24,330 bases of DNA from a virus (taxonomy: Duplodnaviria; Caudoviricetes): positions 1 to 24,330 of IMG/VR virus record IMGVR_UViG_3300012953_000220; one strand, given 5' to 3'. The notes beneath the pieces are model-generated. The model had not been told where the DNA came from and searched no databases. It worked only from the letters and a program-made list of their open reading frames with translations. This document shows, one piece after another, positions 23,510-24,330 of the stretch (within the stretch, counting starts at the first letter, position 1; each line of letters opens with the position of its first letter). The position numbers and the translations under genes are program-made.

Positions 23510-23688
23510 TGAATAGATCAGATATCTTTATGAGAAGGATTAAGGCATTAAAGCGTGCGCATCAAAACGCACGCGATCCTGAGTTCAAAGAGCTTTGGAA
23601 AAATATGAATAATAAACTAATTGAAAACGAGCGCGAACGTGTAGAACAAGAACGTGCTAGGAAGGGAAAATATTATGACTCAATATGA
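23509..23688 (+). CDS. Small basic hypothetical protein
   Basis: Start at TAATG overlap; ARDPEFKELW. Confidence 0.7.
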   Translation: MNRSDIFMRRIKALKRAHQNARDPEFKELWKNMNNKLIENERERVEQERARKGKYYDSI

Positions 23689-23944
23689 TGATAGAGTAGC
23701 TTATCAAAAAGCTAAAATTAAAGCTGAAGAGTGGGCAAATGGTGTTAGATTAATTCAAGCGCACAGTTTAGATTCTATGTGGTATGCATCTGATAGATCA
23801 GATGGATCTGTTATGGACGTTATGTACAATGATGGTAGAGTTAAGAGAACGATTAATGCTACTGGTGAAGTAGTTATGTTGAACATGGATAATGTTGTTA
23901 AAGGCGAAGATCTTGTACGTGCTTTCGAAAGAGGCGGAATATGA
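23675..23944 (+). CDS. Hypothetical protein
   Basis: Start reassigned to MTQYDD with AAGGG SD. Confidence 0.72.
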   Translation: MTQYDDRVAYQKAKIKAEEWANGVRLIQAHSLDSMWYASDRSDGSVMDVMYNDGRVKRTINATGEVVMLNMDNVVKGEDLVRAFERGGI

Positions 23945-24204
23945 TCAATCCAAAAGAAGTAAGCTTTGAACAAGGCGTGCAAAGAATCTATAAATTTGAT
24001 AATGGATATGGAGCTTCTGCTGTTATGCATGAATATAGTTATGGTGGCCCAAAAGGATTGTGGGAATTAGCAGTACTCGATTCTAACGGTGATCTGTGTT
24101 ATCATACACCTGTAACTCAAGATGTAATTGGTCATTTAGATGATAGTCAATTACAACTAATTTTAAAGGAGATATCGGAGTTTACTTCGATATATATTGA
24201 CTAA
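23941..24204 (+). CDS. Conserved phage hypothetical protein
   Basis: YKFDNGYGAS...SYGG.KGLWELAVL...Y.TPVT.DVIG.L motif. Confidence 0.8.
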   Translation: MINPKEVSFEQGVQRIYKFDNGYGASAVMHEYSYGGPKGLWELAVLDSNGDLCYHTPVTQDVIGHLDDSQLQLILKEISEFTSIYID

Positions 24205-24330
24205 TGGGTATGACAAGTTTTTATAGTGGTGGTATGAGGTACTCCCCGTGCGGTAGAAAGCGTAAAACTAATGCTTATACAAAAAAGAAGCGCACCCCTG
24301 AAACACGAAGCGTATTAGTACCTACGCAAG
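24204..24330 (+). CDS. Hypothetical protein, 3'-truncated
   Basis: TAATG overlap; MGMTSFYSGGMRYSPCGRKRKT... open to the window end. Confidence 0.6.
   Translation, partial: MGMTSFYSGGMRYSPCGRKRKTNAYTKKKRTPETRSVLVPTQ

Noticed and set aside
44-24030. Most other minus-strand and alternate-frame ORFs in the track (e.g. 7205-7540, 8119-8463, 10011-10328, 14772-15065, 23755-24030)
   Set aside because: Shadows of well-supported plus-strand genes with no promoter, SD or motif support

Overview
AT-rich, densely coding, almost entirely plus-strand segment of a T4-like (Tevenvirinae-type) myophage genome, probably infecting an aquatic Gram-negative proteobacterium (inference from CsgG/CsgF, IscU/IscA and a proteobacterial-type class Ia RNR). 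From left to right: end of a spanin-like gene and a class 3 lipase; nrdA-nrdB-glutaredoxin; GIY-YIG nuclease, T4-type RNase H, DenV-family glycosylase, PD-(D/E)XK exonuclease, HAD and SET proteins; tRNA-Ala(UGC); iscU-iscA; then a roughly 6.8 kb cassette behind a T4-type late promoter encoding two paralogous membrane proteins, CsgF, CsgG, two curlin-like beta-solenoid proteins, a FecR-domain protein and a CHASE2-adenylate cyclase; and finally a variable region of small early genes separated by near-identical promoter cassettes. Eight copies of a TGTAC(A/T)-N16/17-TATAAT early promoter and five TATAAATA late boxes are visible. Best candidates for new biology: (1) the curli-secretion/FecR/CHASE2-cyclase operon; (2) five apparently leaderless genes together with a start-codon-less element carrying a 13-nt perfect complement of the 16S rRNA 3' end; (3) a possible antisense gene nested in the cyclase; (4) a switch-like structured RNA after the cyclase. 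All calls were made by eye from motifs; no searches were run.
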